DNA of 64,000 nt from Promethearchaeota archaeon (GCA_016839555.1 JAEOUA010000010.1:1-64000), one strand, 5' to 3'; counted from the first letter of the stretch, positions 50,627 to 61,281 are shown. Notes: a model not told the origin generated them from the letters alone. A program made the numbers and translations.

Positions 50627-51484
50627 ATGTCAAATAAAAAACAGGTTTTTATTCAATGTCCCGTATGTAAAAAAAGTGGTAAAATTGAAGTACCGAAAAA
50701 AAAAATAGAGGAAAAAAGTTCAGGGTTAAGCATAATAATTGTCAAGAAACTAATCTGTGAACATGTTTTTCTAGCTTATATTGACAAGAATTTCATAATG
50801 CGTGAAAGTGAAGAAGTATATTATGTACCTTCTCCAGAAATTATTGAGAAATCTAAAGAAATTAAGGAGGAATTTTTTGATGATCATGAAATGGTTATGA
50901 TTCAAATGAATCTCTATCCATTAACTCTTAGTTATATCCTAAAATGTTTTTTAAATAATCAATCTGTGGGGATAATTTTAGAAGAAAATCAAGATTTCTT
51001 AAAACCTACTTATGAGAAATTATTCAATTATCTGTTTAATAGGACTTTTGAAATTAATTATCAAATTTTATCTGAATATGATTATTCTAATTTAAAAAAT
51101 GAATTGGATTTACCCATTATTATTAAAAATGTAGAAATTTTAAAAGATGAACACGGTTTTTTAACCGAAAATGAATTTGCAGTTGAGAGGGGTTTTATTA
51201 ATAAATTTTATAATGAGAATTATGGGCGCGACACCTTAAAGGCTCTAAAATTGGAAATTAATAATGCATTTATGTTAGCAAATACAACAAAAAATTATAT
51301 AACTAATAATAAAAAGTTGAATCTAAATAAAATAATAAAATATTTAGAAAATGAGTTTAAAATCAATGTCGATATAAAATATGCTGAGTTTTTACTAGAA
51401 ATCATAAAAAATTATTTTAATCTAGAAGTGAAATCAATATATAAGAATGTGGAGTTTCTTAAATTTAAGAAATTAAGCAAATAA
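50627..51484 (+). CDS. Zn-module + possible cDENN-like domain protein (paralog 2)
   Basis: Colinear paralog of 49563..50423 (shared YPLTLSYILKC, AVERGF, YKNVEFLKFKKL). Confidence 0.6.
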   Translation: MSNKKQVFIQCPVCKKSGKIEVPKKKIEEKSSGLSIIIVKKLICEHVFLAYIDKNFIMRESEEVYYVPSPEIIEKSKEIKEEFFDDHEMVMIQMNLYPLTLSYILKCFLNNQSVGIILEENQDFLKPTYEKLFNYLFNRTFEINYQILSEYDYSNLKNELDLPIIIKNVEILKDEHGFLTENEFAVERGFINKFYNENYGRDTLKALKLEINNAFMLANTTKNYITNNKKLNLNKIIKYLENEFKINVDIKYAEFLLEIIKNYFNLEVKSIYKNVEFLKFKKLSK

Positions 51485-51644
51485 GTATTTTTTTCTCTAA
51501 TTATATTTACTTTCTTTATTCTTGGGTATTTAATCACTAAACCCTCAATTTAACTTCATAGCTTAAAACTGAAATATAGACAAAATTAATTAAATGTCAA
51601 ACAATATTATGTTTAACTAATAACTAAGTTAATATATGTAAATT

Positions 51645-52979
51645 ATGAAAAAATCAATTGATACTAATTCTTCCAAAGAAAATGTATCCAGAGAAACAAA
51701 ATGGATTATTTTTTTAATAGGGCTTTCAGGTAACCTTGCATGGGCTGTGGAAAATCAATTTTACAACGTGTATATGTACAATAAAATTAGTCCCACACCT
51801 ATCTATATCTCAATAATGGTTGCGGCAAGTGCTATTGTAGCAGGAATTACTGCTATTATTATGGGAGCGTTAAGTGATATAAAAGGAAAAAGAAGACCGT
51901 TTATGCTTTTTGGTTTCATTTTCTGGGGAATCACTACAGCAATATATCCTTTAGCGGGAGTCTTTCGACCAGTACTATTAGCTATTGCCATAGCTATTCT
52001 TTTTGATTGTATAATGACGTATTTTGGGTCTACAGCGTTTGATGCGGTCTTTAGCGGATATTTTACCGATATTACCAACGAACAGAATAGAGGAAAAGCA
52101 TTAGGTGTTCTCCAAACTACAATGTTACTCTCAACTCTGGTTATTTATGGAATCTCAGGATTTATTATTGAAGGTTTTGAGGCGACGATTGGGTTCGGTT
52201 ATGAAATTTTCTTTGTTATTATGGGAGGATTTGCGATCCTTGGCATAATAGGTGCTTATATGTCTAAAGAGCCTGTTGGGCTAGAGCCTTCAGGATTGAG
52301 CTTAAAAGAACATGTAAAGAAATTATTCCGAAAAGATATGATAAAGGATAATAAGGACTGCTTTTTAATTCTCACTGGAATATTGATCTGGGCAACTGCA
52401 TTTTACATATTTTTCCCCTTTATACTCGTCTATTTACAGCACTACCTCGGATTTGACTTGTCGGCCTCTTCGATAATTGTATTCATTGGTTTTATAATCT
52501 GTATTATTCTAGCATATCCATTAGGTATGTATATAGATAAAATTGGAAGAAAGAAAATAACAATTGTTTGTGTCGTCGGTGACGGGCTATCCTTGTTTCT
52601 TTTCATCATTAGCGCTAATTTTTTTCTTTTAATCATAGCTGCAGTATTAATGCAATTATTCATGACAGGTTGGAATATGGCAGCAAATGCATGGATGAGA
52701 GACTTGTTTCCGGCAAGCCAAACTGGAGAATTCAGCGGATATTATACATTGTTCGCGGCTACTCTTCCAATGGTCATTGGTTCTCCTATCGGAGGCATAT
52801 TATCTAGTATATCTGGACAGAGGATCTTGATTGATGGGATTCCAGGATATGTTCCAACACCATTAATCTTTATAGTTGCTGCATTTATAATGATACCCGC
52901 AATTATTCCTTTGTTTTTCGCAAAAGAGACTAAAGGAAAATTGGTCTCAAAATCTAGTGCTTTAAAAAAACCAATGTAA
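51645..52979 (+). CDS. MFS transporter
   Basis: AWAVENQ, GALSDIKGKRRPF, GMYIDKIGRKK; 12 TM. Confidence 0.92.
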   Translation: MKKSIDTNSSKENVSRETKWIIFLIGLSGNLAWAVENQFYNVYMYNKISPTPIYISIMVAASAIVAGITAIIMGALSDIKGKRRPFMLFGFIFWGITTAIYPLAGVFRPVLLAIAIAILFDCIMTYFGSTAFDAVFSGYFTDITNEQNRGKALGVLQTTMLLSTLVIYGISGFIIEGFEATIGFGYEIFFVIMGGFAILGIIGAYMSKEPVGLEPSGLSLKEHVKKLFRKDMIKDNKDCFLILTGILIWATAFYIFFPFILVYLQHYLGFDLSASSIIVFIGFIICIILAYPLGMYIDKIGRKKITIVCVVGDGLSLFLFIISANFFLLIIAAVLMQLFMTGWNMAANAWMRDLFPASQTGEFSGYYTLFAATLPMVIGSPIGGILSSISGQRILIDGIPGYVPTPLIFIVAAFIMIPAIIPLFFAKETKGKLVSKSSALKKPM

Positions 52980-53200
52980 TAACTCTAAAAAAATAATCTT
53001 TTATCTTCTTTATTTTTTTCTTTATCTTATCTTAAAACAAAATTTATGAGAAAAGATAGCTTAATTATTCAACTTAAATGATTTAAAAAACTATGATATT
53101 TCATTTTTACAGAAAAAAACATAACTTTTTAATTAAGATTTTTCTCATTTATATATAATTATTTATAGAGATAAAATAAAGCATACTGAGCTTAAAAAAA

Positions 53201-53917
53201 ATGTCAGTTATAGAAATAATTTATCATTCTTTAGGGTTTATTCTTTTATTATCGGTATTAATAGTAGCATTTAAGTTTTTCATTAATTATCGTTATACTG
53301 GTCAAAAGGAAATGATTGCGGGAGTTATCATACTAATTGCATTTCTATTTGGATTAATAATTACATCAATAAATTTGATCCTCGGTCTTTTCGGAACTCA
53401 ACTTCCGATAACTGAAACAGATTTACGGATGATTTCCCCCATATTTAATGCGATAATGGTAATAGGTTGGTTTTATGTATTTTATCAACTTATATATTCC
53501 ACCTCAAATAAAATGAAAATAATATTCTATAGTTTCACATTTATTAATCTTCTTTGGGTTGGAATCTATATAATTCTCGCATTTTCGATTGGTTTTTCTA
53601 ATATTGTCATTGTCCTAGAAATCTATGATATTTTTTCTTTGACTATAACTCTCATTACACTTGTTGTTTTAGCTATAAAATCAATTAGGTCTAAAGATAG
53701 AGTATTAAAATATAGGGGAATATTTTTAATTGTTGGTTTTCTACTCGCAGGAGGATCATTATTGTTTGATGATGGGATTTTTACTCCGGAGTTTCCTATC
53801 ATAGATCTCTTAGCAAGAATTGTCTTTATTATTGGTGTCTTTTTTATATATCAAGGATTCTTTTTAACCGAAGAGAGTAAAACTTATAAAGTATTAGGAA
53901 AATCTAATAAAGAATAG
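53201..53917 (+). CDS. Standalone 7-TM membrane protein (paralog 1)
   Basis: Seven hydrophobic segments; SKDRVLKYRG; D in TM6, R in TM7. Confidence 0.75.
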   Translation: MSVIEIIYHSLGFILLLSVLIVAFKFFINYRYTGQKEMIAGVIILIAFLFGLIITSINLILGLFGTQLPITETDLRMISPIFNAIMVIGWFYVFYQLIYSTSNKMKIIFYSFTFINLLWVGIYIILAFSIGFSNIVIVLEIYDIFSLTITLITLVVLAIKSIRSKDRVLKYRGIFLIVGFLLAGGSLLFDDGIFTPEFPIIDLLARIVFIIGVFFIYQGFFLTEESKTYKVLGKSNKE

Positions 53918-54101
53918 ATGTAACAACAAGCAATATGCCGAGAACTCTTAAAATCTCAAAATAGATATACCCATTTTATTAATATCTTTCTTACTTTTTT
54001 TTTCAGATAAATAATATTCATAAATTATTTTAATGTTGATATAAAATATTATATATTAAAAGCAAATGTATAAATTTAAATAGCTGGATAAGTGAAAAAA
54101 A

Positions 54102-54821
54102 ATGGTCTTAGAAATAATATACCATTCATTAGGCTTTTTGATTATGCTTTTAATGGTATTAGTTGCTGTAAAATTTTTTATAAATTATAAATATACGGGT
54201 CAAAAAGAGTTAATTGCTGGTGTGATTTTTGCAATAGCTTTCCTCGCTGGTTTGTTTTATTTTAGCTTCAAATTTTTATTAGGTGCCTTCGGAATTGATA
54301 TATCTGTTGATAATAGAACATTACTCTTTATAAACTTTGGTTTCATTTTTCTTGTAATGCTTTCTTGGTTCTATATCTTTTATCAATTTTTATATCCGAA
54401 TAATAACTCAGTAAGGATTCTTTTTTATTTACTGGTGGTTTTAAATGTCATATGGGAGAGTTTCTTTATTTCTGTAATCTTTTTCAGCTCTATTCTACTT
54501 GAAACAGTTGAAATTATTGTATTCGTATATGATATGTTCGCGCTCATTTTAACGGGAGTTTTTGTTTTAATTTTAGCTATAAAGTCAATGATTTCAAAAG
54601 ATAAAGTTTTGAAATATAGAGGGCTATTTTTGTTGATAGGTTTTATACTAGGGGGCGGATCATTGGTGTTTGATAATGGAATATTTAATGCTGAGCAAGC
54701 TATAATTGATATTATCGCAAGACTTGCTTTAATACTTGGTATATTTATAATCTTTTTCGGTTTCTTTATGACTTCGGAAAGTAGAATCTATAAATTATTA
54801 TTTGAAAAAAAAACTGAATAG
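54102..54821 (+). CDS. Standalone 7-TM membrane protein (paralog 2)
   Basis: Shares EIIYHSLGF, KFFINY.YTGQKE, KYRG, GGSL.FD.G with paralog 1. Confidence 0.75.
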   Translation: MVLEIIYHSLGFLIMLLMVLVAVKFFINYKYTGQKELIAGVIFAIAFLAGLFYFSFKFLLGAFGIDISVDNRTLLFINFGFIFLVMLSWFYIFYQFLYPNNNSVRILFYLLVVLNVIWESFFISVIFFSSILLETVEIIVFVYDMFALILTGVFVLILAIKSMISKDKVLKYRGLFLLIGFILGGGSLVFDNGIFNAEQAIIDIIARLALILGIFIIFFGFFMTSESRIYKLLFEKKTE

Positions 54822-54843
54822 TAAAACAAAAAGAGAAACTATA

Positions 54844-55854
54844 ATGACAGCAAAAAAAGTAATAATTGATACAGATAACACGATGGGGAAACCATTTCTC
54901 TGGAATGATGATGGCTTGGCAATTCTCTATTCTTTTGGTCAAGAAGAGTTTGAGATTTTAGGAATAACAACTGTCTTCGGCAATTCATCCGGTAAAAATG
55001 TATTTAAGACAACTAAAAAATTCTTAAAGGCAATTGGAAAAGAAGAGATTCCTTTAAAGAAAGGCGCACCCAAGAAAGAAAAAATAAATACAGAGGCAGC
55101 TGAATTTCTTGCTGACATCGTCGCATCCAATCCAGGTGAAATAACAATATTAACATTAGGTCCTGTTACGAACCTTTATGCTGCCCATCTCATAGATAAA
55201 AATTTCTATAAAAACTTAAAAGAAATTATTTTAATGGGAGGCATTACTAAAGAACGATTGGAAATAGGGCGAATTAAAATGAAAGATGCTAATTTAAAGA
55301 ATGATCTTCAAGCAGCTAAAGATGTGTTAAATGCTGAATGTCCTGTAACAATAATAAATTGTCATATCTGTAAACAAGTACCGTTCAGGCGTGAGCATAT
55401 GAAGAAAGTACAATTTTGGCCTGAAAAGATATTAGAAAAAATAGAAAATGAATTTTGGGTTCATCAAAAAGTACATCATTTGGACCACATCTTTATTTGG
55501 GATGTATTAGTACCGGTCTATTTGACAAATCCAGAGCTTTTTGAAAAGAACGAAATTACTATAAAAGCATCTAAGATTGAAGATATCGAAGATGGTAGAT
55601 TAAAAAGTATAAAAAGTCGCGGAGTAATGGTTAATATGCCTACTAAGGTTTTAGACAAGAAAAAATTCTATGAATTAATCATCTCTTCATGGAAAACCTT
55701 TCATGACCAAATAATGCAAAAAAATGAGGAATATAAAAACTTCAAATTTAATAAGGTTAAATTAGCAATTATGAAGAGATTATTTGCGCTATTAATTCCA
55801 CTCTTGTTAAAAATGATGTATAAGAAAAAAGGCGATTATTATTACGAGGAATAG
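54844..55854 (+). CDS. Inosine-uridine nucleoside hydrolase family
   Basis: IIDTD...DDG, TTVFGN, LGPVTN, MGG, WD; ATG at 54844. Confidence 0.88.
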   Translation: MTAKKVIIDTDNTMGKPFLWNDDGLAILYSFGQEEFEILGITTVFGNSSGKNVFKTTKKFLKAIGKEEIPLKKGAPKKEKINTEAAEFLADIVASNPGEITILTLGPVTNLYAAHLIDKNFYKNLKEIILMGGITKERLEIGRIKMKDANLKNDLQAAKDVLNAECPVTIINCHICKQVPFRREHMKKVQFWPEKILEKIENEFWVHQKVHHLDHIFIWDVLVPVYLTNPELFEKNEITIKASKIEDIEDGRLKSIKSRGVMVNMPTKVLDKKKFYELIISSWKTFHDQIMQKNEEYKNFKFNKVKLAIMKRLFALLIPLLLKMMYKKKGDYYYEE

Positions 55855-56021
55855 AAATAAATTACACATATAATCACAAAATTCTTTTTTATTCTACACC
55901 TTTTTATTTATCTTTTTATTAAAAGGATATTTACTACTTAATGAGATAAAACGAATGAAATAATTTTCATTGGATCTTTAAATAATAAATTAAATTCTAA
56001 TTAGTTAATTTTGAATCTAGT

Positions 56022-57122
56022 ATGAGAAAAATTGGATTAATAGTAAATCCTATAGCGGGTATGGGGGGGTCCGTAGGATTAAAGGGAACAGATGGAGAAA
56101 TTTATAAGAAGGCTATTGAATTAGGGGCTGAACCAGTCACACCCAAAAGAATTGAAAGATTTTTATCTAATATTAAACAAAAAGAGAATTTATTATTTTT
56201 AGTGGCGTCCGGTAAGATGGGAGAAAACTATTTAAAAGATCTTAATTTTAATTTTGAAGTTGTCGGTGAAATTGCTGAAAAAACTACCGCCGATGATACA
56301 AAAAGAATAGCAAAAGAAATGTTAAAAAAACATATTGAAATACTGATCTTTTGTGGTGGAGATGGAACCGCAAGAGATATTTATGATGTGGTTGACTTAA
56401 AAATCCCGGTTATTGGTATTCCATCTGGAGTAAAAATGTTTAGTTCTATTTTTGCGATAAATCCACAAGCAGCATATAATCTACTGGAAAGTTTTTTAGA
56501 AGGATCAGAGCTTCAAGAAAATGAAGTCCTTGATATTGATGAGAAAGCATTTCGAGAAGATAAACTTGATTCAAAACTCTATGGATATTTAAAAATTCCT
56601 AAGGTTAGACAATTTATTCAAGGGGGTAAAAAAGCATCTGGAAAAAAAAGAAGTGAAGCAGAAAATAAAATACAGATTGCAAAATATATAATTGATGATA
56701 TGAAGGAGAATGTTGTATATTTTTTAGGCCCAGGAACAACCGTAAAATCGATTTCAAACGAACTTAATATACCCAAATCACTCTTAGGGATTGATGCCAT
56801 ATATAATAAAGAATTATTAGAGAAGGATATAAATGAAGCAAAAATTTTGGAAATTTTAGAAGAATATAATAATGGGAAAATTGTAATTTCGCCGATAGGA
56901 GGGCAAGGTTTTATTTTTGGGAGAGGTAATAAACAGTTTACACCTGAAGTTATAAAGAAAATTGGAAGAGAAAATATTATTGTGGTTTCTACTGAGGAGA
57001 AATTAAAAGAGCTTAATTGCCTGCGAGTTGATACTGGCGATTTAGAAGCAGATAATATGCTAAAAGGGTTTAAAAAAGTTATCGTTGGTTCTAAAGAAAA
57101 AGAACTTATTGAAGTGAAATAA
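56022..57122 (+). CDS. ATP-NAD/AcoX kinase family protein
   Basis: NPIAGMGG..GLKGTDG, GGDGTARD, GIPSGVK, GRGN.Q, VDTGD. Confidence 0.9.
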   Translation: MRKIGLIVNPIAGMGGSVGLKGTDGEIYKKAIELGAEPVTPKRIERFLSNIKQKENLLFLVASGKMGENYLKDLNFNFEVVGEIAEKTTADDTKRIAKEMLKKHIEILIFCGGDGTARDIYDVVDLKIPVIGIPSGVKMFSSIFAINPQAAYNLLESFLEGSELQENEVLDIDEKAFREDKLDSKLYGYLKIPKVRQFIQGGKKASGKKRSEAENKIQIAKYIIDDMKENVVYFLGPGTTVKSISNELNIPKSLLGIDAIYNKELLEKDINEAKILEILEEYNNGKIVISPIGGQGFIFGRGNKQFTPEVIKKIGRENIIVVSTEEKLKELNCLRVDTGDLEADNMLKGFKKVIVGSKEKELIEVK

Positions 57123-57146
57123 AAAGAATAAACTTTTCGATGAAAA

Positions 57147-58124
57147 ATGAAAGAAATAAGATTAGATAAAAATGAAATGCCTTATCCGCCTCCAAAAAGC
57201 ATCAGAGATTCCATAAAAGAATTATTAAAAAATATAAATCGGTATACGCCTCAAGAACTAGTTAACGAATTACTGTATGTATTATCTAAATATAATAATA
57301 TAGAGAAAGAGACCATAATATTAAGTTCTGGCTCAGATATTTTAATTAAGGAATTTATTTTTCTTTTTTCGGAACTTAGTCAATTAATCATTGCCGACCC
57401 AACATTTATCATAATTAATAATGCAGCCATGAAAAGCTCTTCAGAACTTTTAAAAGTTAAGCTCTCTGAGCCAGAATTTAAATTTCCGGTAGATTTCATT
57501 AGAAATGAATTAGATAAACCTACTTTAATCGTATTAGACAATCCAAATAATCCCACAGGCAAATTAATTATAACACAAGAAGAAGTAAAAGCTCTCTTAA
57601 AAAATGAAAATATCATTCTATTAATTGATGAAGCTTATTATGAATTTTCTGGGATTACATTTCTTCCTTTAATCAAAGTATTTCCTAACCTCGCTATATT
57701 AAGGACGTTAAGTAAATCATTTGGATTAGCTGGCTCGGGAATAGGCTATTTATTGGCTGGAAAAAAGATTCAAGAGAAATTCGAGGGATTAGAGATTATG
57801 CTTCCATCTCCTAGCGTGATAGGTGCTATATCAGCCTTGAATGAAAAAGGCTATATGGGTGAATATATAAAGCATGTAAATGAAGAAAAGAAGAAAATAA
57901 TAGAGCAACTTAATGATCTGGGAGTAATTTGTTATCCAAGTAGCACTAATTTTCTATTAGTGAAAACAAACACTCCTAATATAGCTAAAAAATTAGCCGA
58001 GAAAGGAGTATACGTCTATGATGCCTCCAATTATTTTAATTCGAATTATATCAGAGTGACGATTGGTTCCAATAATGAAAATGAATATTTTTTACAAAGT
58101 ATGAAAGAAATTATAAAAAAATAG
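57147..58124 (+). CDS. Class I/II PLP aminotransferase (HisC/CobD-like)
   Basis: LDKNE, NPNNPTG, DEAY, RTLSK.FGLAG, NF, IRVTIG. Confidence 0.85.
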   Translation: MKEIRLDKNEMPYPPPKSIRDSIKELLKNINRYTPQELVNELLYVLSKYNNIEKETIILSSGSDILIKEFIFLFSELSQLIIADPTFIIINNAAMKSSSELLKVKLSEPEFKFPVDFIRNELDKPTLIVLDNPNNPTGKLIITQEEVKALLKNENIILLIDEAYYEFSGITFLPLIKVFPNLAILRTLSKSFGLAGSGIGYLLAGKKIQEKFEGLEIMLPSPSVIGAISALNEKGYMGEYIKHVNEEKKKIIEQLNDLGVICYPSSTNFLLVKTNTPNIAKKLAEKGVYVYDASNYFNSNYIRVTIGSNNENEYFLQSMKEIIKK

Positions 58125-58229
58125 TAATTAAAAATCTTTAAGAATAATCTCGAAAAATTTTTAATATTAAAACTCAAAATAAAGGTATAAAAAAAATAAT
58201 TAGTTAATTCTATATAATTGGTGATTTAA

Positions 58230-59063
58230 ATGGTTAAAGATATTAAAAATGTAGCAGTAATAGGATCAGGATTTACTGGAAAACAAATTGCGGCGAGAAG
58301 TGCTCTCTATGATTTTAAAACATATCTATATGATATAGATTCTATAGCTTTAAAAGAAGCAGAAAAACTTTTAGATAAAATGTTTCGCCCTAAAGATAAA
58401 AAACTTAAGCGAGATAATTTGATATTAACGGAAGATCTTTCTCAAGCATTAAAAAATGCAGATCTTGTGATTGAGGCGGTTCCTGAGGATGTAGAAATTA
58501 AAAAAAAGGTATTTAGTCAAATTGATGAGCTTGCTCCACCTCATACAATTATCGGAACAAATAGTTCTTCTTTTCCTGTTTCGAAAATGGAGAATGCCGT
58601 GAAACGTAAGGATAAATTGTTGAATATCCATTTTTATCCTCCCATTCCCCTTCGCCCCATGGCTGATATCATGAGAGGAAGCGAAACAAGCGAAGAAACT
58701 TTTCAGAAGGGCAAAAAATGGATTGAAGATATAGATTGTACCCCATTAATAGTTAAAAAAGAAATTATGGGATTTGTTTTCAATAGGATCTGGCGAGCGG
58801 CAAAGAGAGAAGCCCTCCATATGTGGGCGGGAGGATATGTTGATTTTGAGACAATAGATACTGCGTGGAAGATTTTTACCGGTATGAATATGGGGCCCTT
58901 CGAGCTCATGGATGGAGTAGGCTTAGATATTACTTATAATGTCGAAATGTCTTATTATAAGGAAAGTGGAGACCCAAAGGATAAACCTCCAGAAAAATTA
59001 AAGGAAAAACTAGAACGAGGAGAATTAGGATTAAAAACCAAAAAAGGTTTTTACAAATGGTAA
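58230..59063 (+). CDS. 3-hydroxyacyl-CoA dehydrogenase family
   Basis: GSGFTG, EAVPE, TNSSS, HFY, GFVFNRI, MGPF..MD.VGLD, G.KT..GFY. Confidence 0.92.
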   Translation: MVKDIKNVAVIGSGFTGKQIAARSALYDFKTYLYDIDSIALKEAEKLLDKMFRPKDKKLKRDNLILTEDLSQALKNADLVIEAVPEDVEIKKKVFSQIDELAPPHTIIGTNSSSFPVSKMENAVKRKDKLLNIHFYPPIPLRPMADIMRGSETSEETFQKGKKWIEDIDCTPLIVKKEIMGFVFNRIWRAAKREALHMWAGGYVDFETIDTAWKIFTGMNMGPFELMDGVGLDITYNVEMSYYKESGDPKDKPPEKLKEKLERGELGLKTKKGFYKW

Positions 59064-59244
59064 ATCTCGGAAAATTTAGGGTTTAAGTTATCCTTTTTTG
59101 TCCTTTTTAATTTAACTCTTTTTGAAAAAGAATCAAAATCTAAAAAACTTTTTTTAAAAAAAATCCCAATTCATATCTTATCAAAATTCTTATATATTTT
59201 TTTATCTAAATTATTAATTAACTAATAAAAAATATAAAATAAAA

Positions 59245-60153
59245 ATGAAACCAGACCTTCTTACTCAAAAAAAGGTTATTATAACAGTTGCAATCACGGG
59301 TGGAGCCCACGGAAAATGGGCTAATCCAAACTTACCTATTACTCCTGAAGAGCAAGCGCAAGCCGCTCTCGAATGTTATAATGCAGGCGCAGCTATATGT
59401 CATCTCCACGTACGAGGAGAAGATGGGCAAAATACTCCTAACATAGATGTATATAATAAAGCAGTCAAACTAATTAAAGAAAAATGTCCAATTATCGTTC
59501 AAATTGGGAATGGAATAGGAGCATGGATTGAACATGGAGTAAAGGTAAGTAGTAGTGGGAAACCATATGGTCAAGCAATTATAATGGCTTCCCTCAAGCA
59601 ACGATTAAACTTATTTACTATTTCCCCTCAACCAGAGATGTTTACGATTAATGCAGGTACTTTTGAATTCAGAACACGATATGGAAGCCACACATTCGAC
59701 AATCCTTTAAAATTTAATCAGAGATTTGTAAAACAATGTAAAAAATTAGGTTGTGGGATTGAAATTGAGGTATATGATTCCGGTCATATTTCCAATATTA
59801 TGGATTTAGTTGATATGAAAGTTCTAGAACCCCCCCTCCATTTCAGTTTAGTTTTAGGTATAAAGGGTGGCGCTCCCGCTACGGTAGAAAATTTACTACA
59901 TTTGGTTCATCAACTTCCAGAGGATTCTACATGGCAAGTCGTGACTATTGGAAGATTTAATCTCAGAACAACAGTTATTGCTATGTGTATGGGAGGAAAT
60001 ATTAGAACGGGCTTAGAAGATACTATTTATTATGATAAAGGAGAGCTCGCAGCGGGGAATGCTCAACTTGTGAAACGGATGGTAAGATTAGCTAAAGAAA
60101 TTGGAAGAGAACCCGCCAGTGTGAATGAAACAAAAAGTATGCTCAATTTATAA
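59245..60153 (+). CDS. Beta-keto acid cleavage enzyme (DUF849/BKACE, Kce-like)
   Basis: VAITG, LPITPEE, HLHVR, EVYD, RTGLED. Confidence 0.92.
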   Translation: MKPDLLTQKKVIITVAITGGAHGKWANPNLPITPEEQAQAALECYNAGAAICHLHVRGEDGQNTPNIDVYNKAVKLIKEKCPIIVQIGNGIGAWIEHGVKVSSSGKPYGQAIIMASLKQRLNLFTISPQPEMFTINAGTFEFRTRYGSHTFDNPLKFNQRFVKQCKKLGCGIEIEVYDSGHISNIMDLVDMKVLEPPLHFSLVLGIKGGAPATVENLLHLVHQLPEDSTWQVVTIGRFNLRTTVIAMCMGGNIRTGLEDTIYYDKGELAAGNAQLVKRMVRLAKEIGREPASVNETKSMLNL

Positions 60154-60417
60154 GTTATTTTTTTTAATAATCTTGGAACTCAAACATTATTAGATTTTTT
60201 TATGTTTTTTATATTAAATTTTATTGAAATTTAAGTATTAATAGTGAATTTAATACAAAATTAAAATTTTTATTAAACATCTAATTAAAACTTACTTTTT
60301 TGGATCTAATTAATCATTTTTAAATGTTTTGATTTATAATCATATTTATATACACAAATTATCTTAACTTAAGTAAGAATTATTATAATTTTTATTAATT
60401 GATTTGCATAGATTATT

Positions 60418-60666
60418 ATGAATGGAATGAAACCTTTTTACATTGGAAAATTCAGAGGCAGAATAAAATCGTATCTCAAGGTTGAAAGTTTTACCGTAGA
60501 TGATGTTATTGAGGATGTTTTGGCCCGAATTCCTCGTGATGATGATGGAGAATTAAAGATTTATAAAATTAATATCATTTCAGGTGAGAAAAGGTTAGTG
60601 AAAAAGGTTTTAATTATAAACGAATTATTTATTTCGGAAAGAGAAGAAAGAACCCTAATTCATTAA
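60418..60666 (+). CDS. Small hypothetical protein
   Basis: 82-aa ORF with typical codon use, TTTATATA box ~70 bp upstream. Confidence 0.5.
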   Translation: MNGMKPFYIGKFRGRIKSYLKVESFTVDDVIEDVLARIPRDDDGELKIYKINIISGEKRLVKKVLIINELFISEREERTLIH

Positions 60667-61281
60667 GATTTTTAGAAATAAAAATATAGTATTCATAATT
60701 TTTTTAAAGTTTGTATCTGTTTCTCAATTCTTAAAAAAATAAAAAAATGCTATTGATATATTCTGGATATTACATCATTTAATAATTTTGCATTTTCTCT
60801 TTAATTATTTAAATGGAATTATTAGAAACCGAGATTGAAATTTATAATAGTAAGTTAAGATTATTCAATTGGTTATATGAGGAGATGCAACTATTTTACA
60901 GCGATTTAAGGGAAGAAATTAATCAGAAAGGAAAAAATTTACCCATAAATCTTTAAATAGTAATCTTCATAAAAGAGAATTCAAAAAGCTTGAAAAATTA
61001 CGCTTTTTTTATAATAATTCTTCTTGATTCCTTTAGTAGGGAGTAATGATATTTATTAACATTAAGATCGAAAAATAGATCGTGAAATCTGGCTTTCACG
61101 AACATATACCTATATGCCCATAATATAGATGTATATTCAATTTAGAGGAAAAGATTAGGAATATAATGAAATATAATTATTAATCAAAGGTGAAAAATTC
61201 AGAAGAAGATTATTCTTCTTATTTCAGTAGCAAAAAATTTAAAATTAAAATTAAAGTGAAATAAAAATAAAAAAAAGATAT

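Noticed and set aside
53201-54821. 7-TM proteins as rhodopsins
   Set aside because: No retinal-binding Lys in TM7
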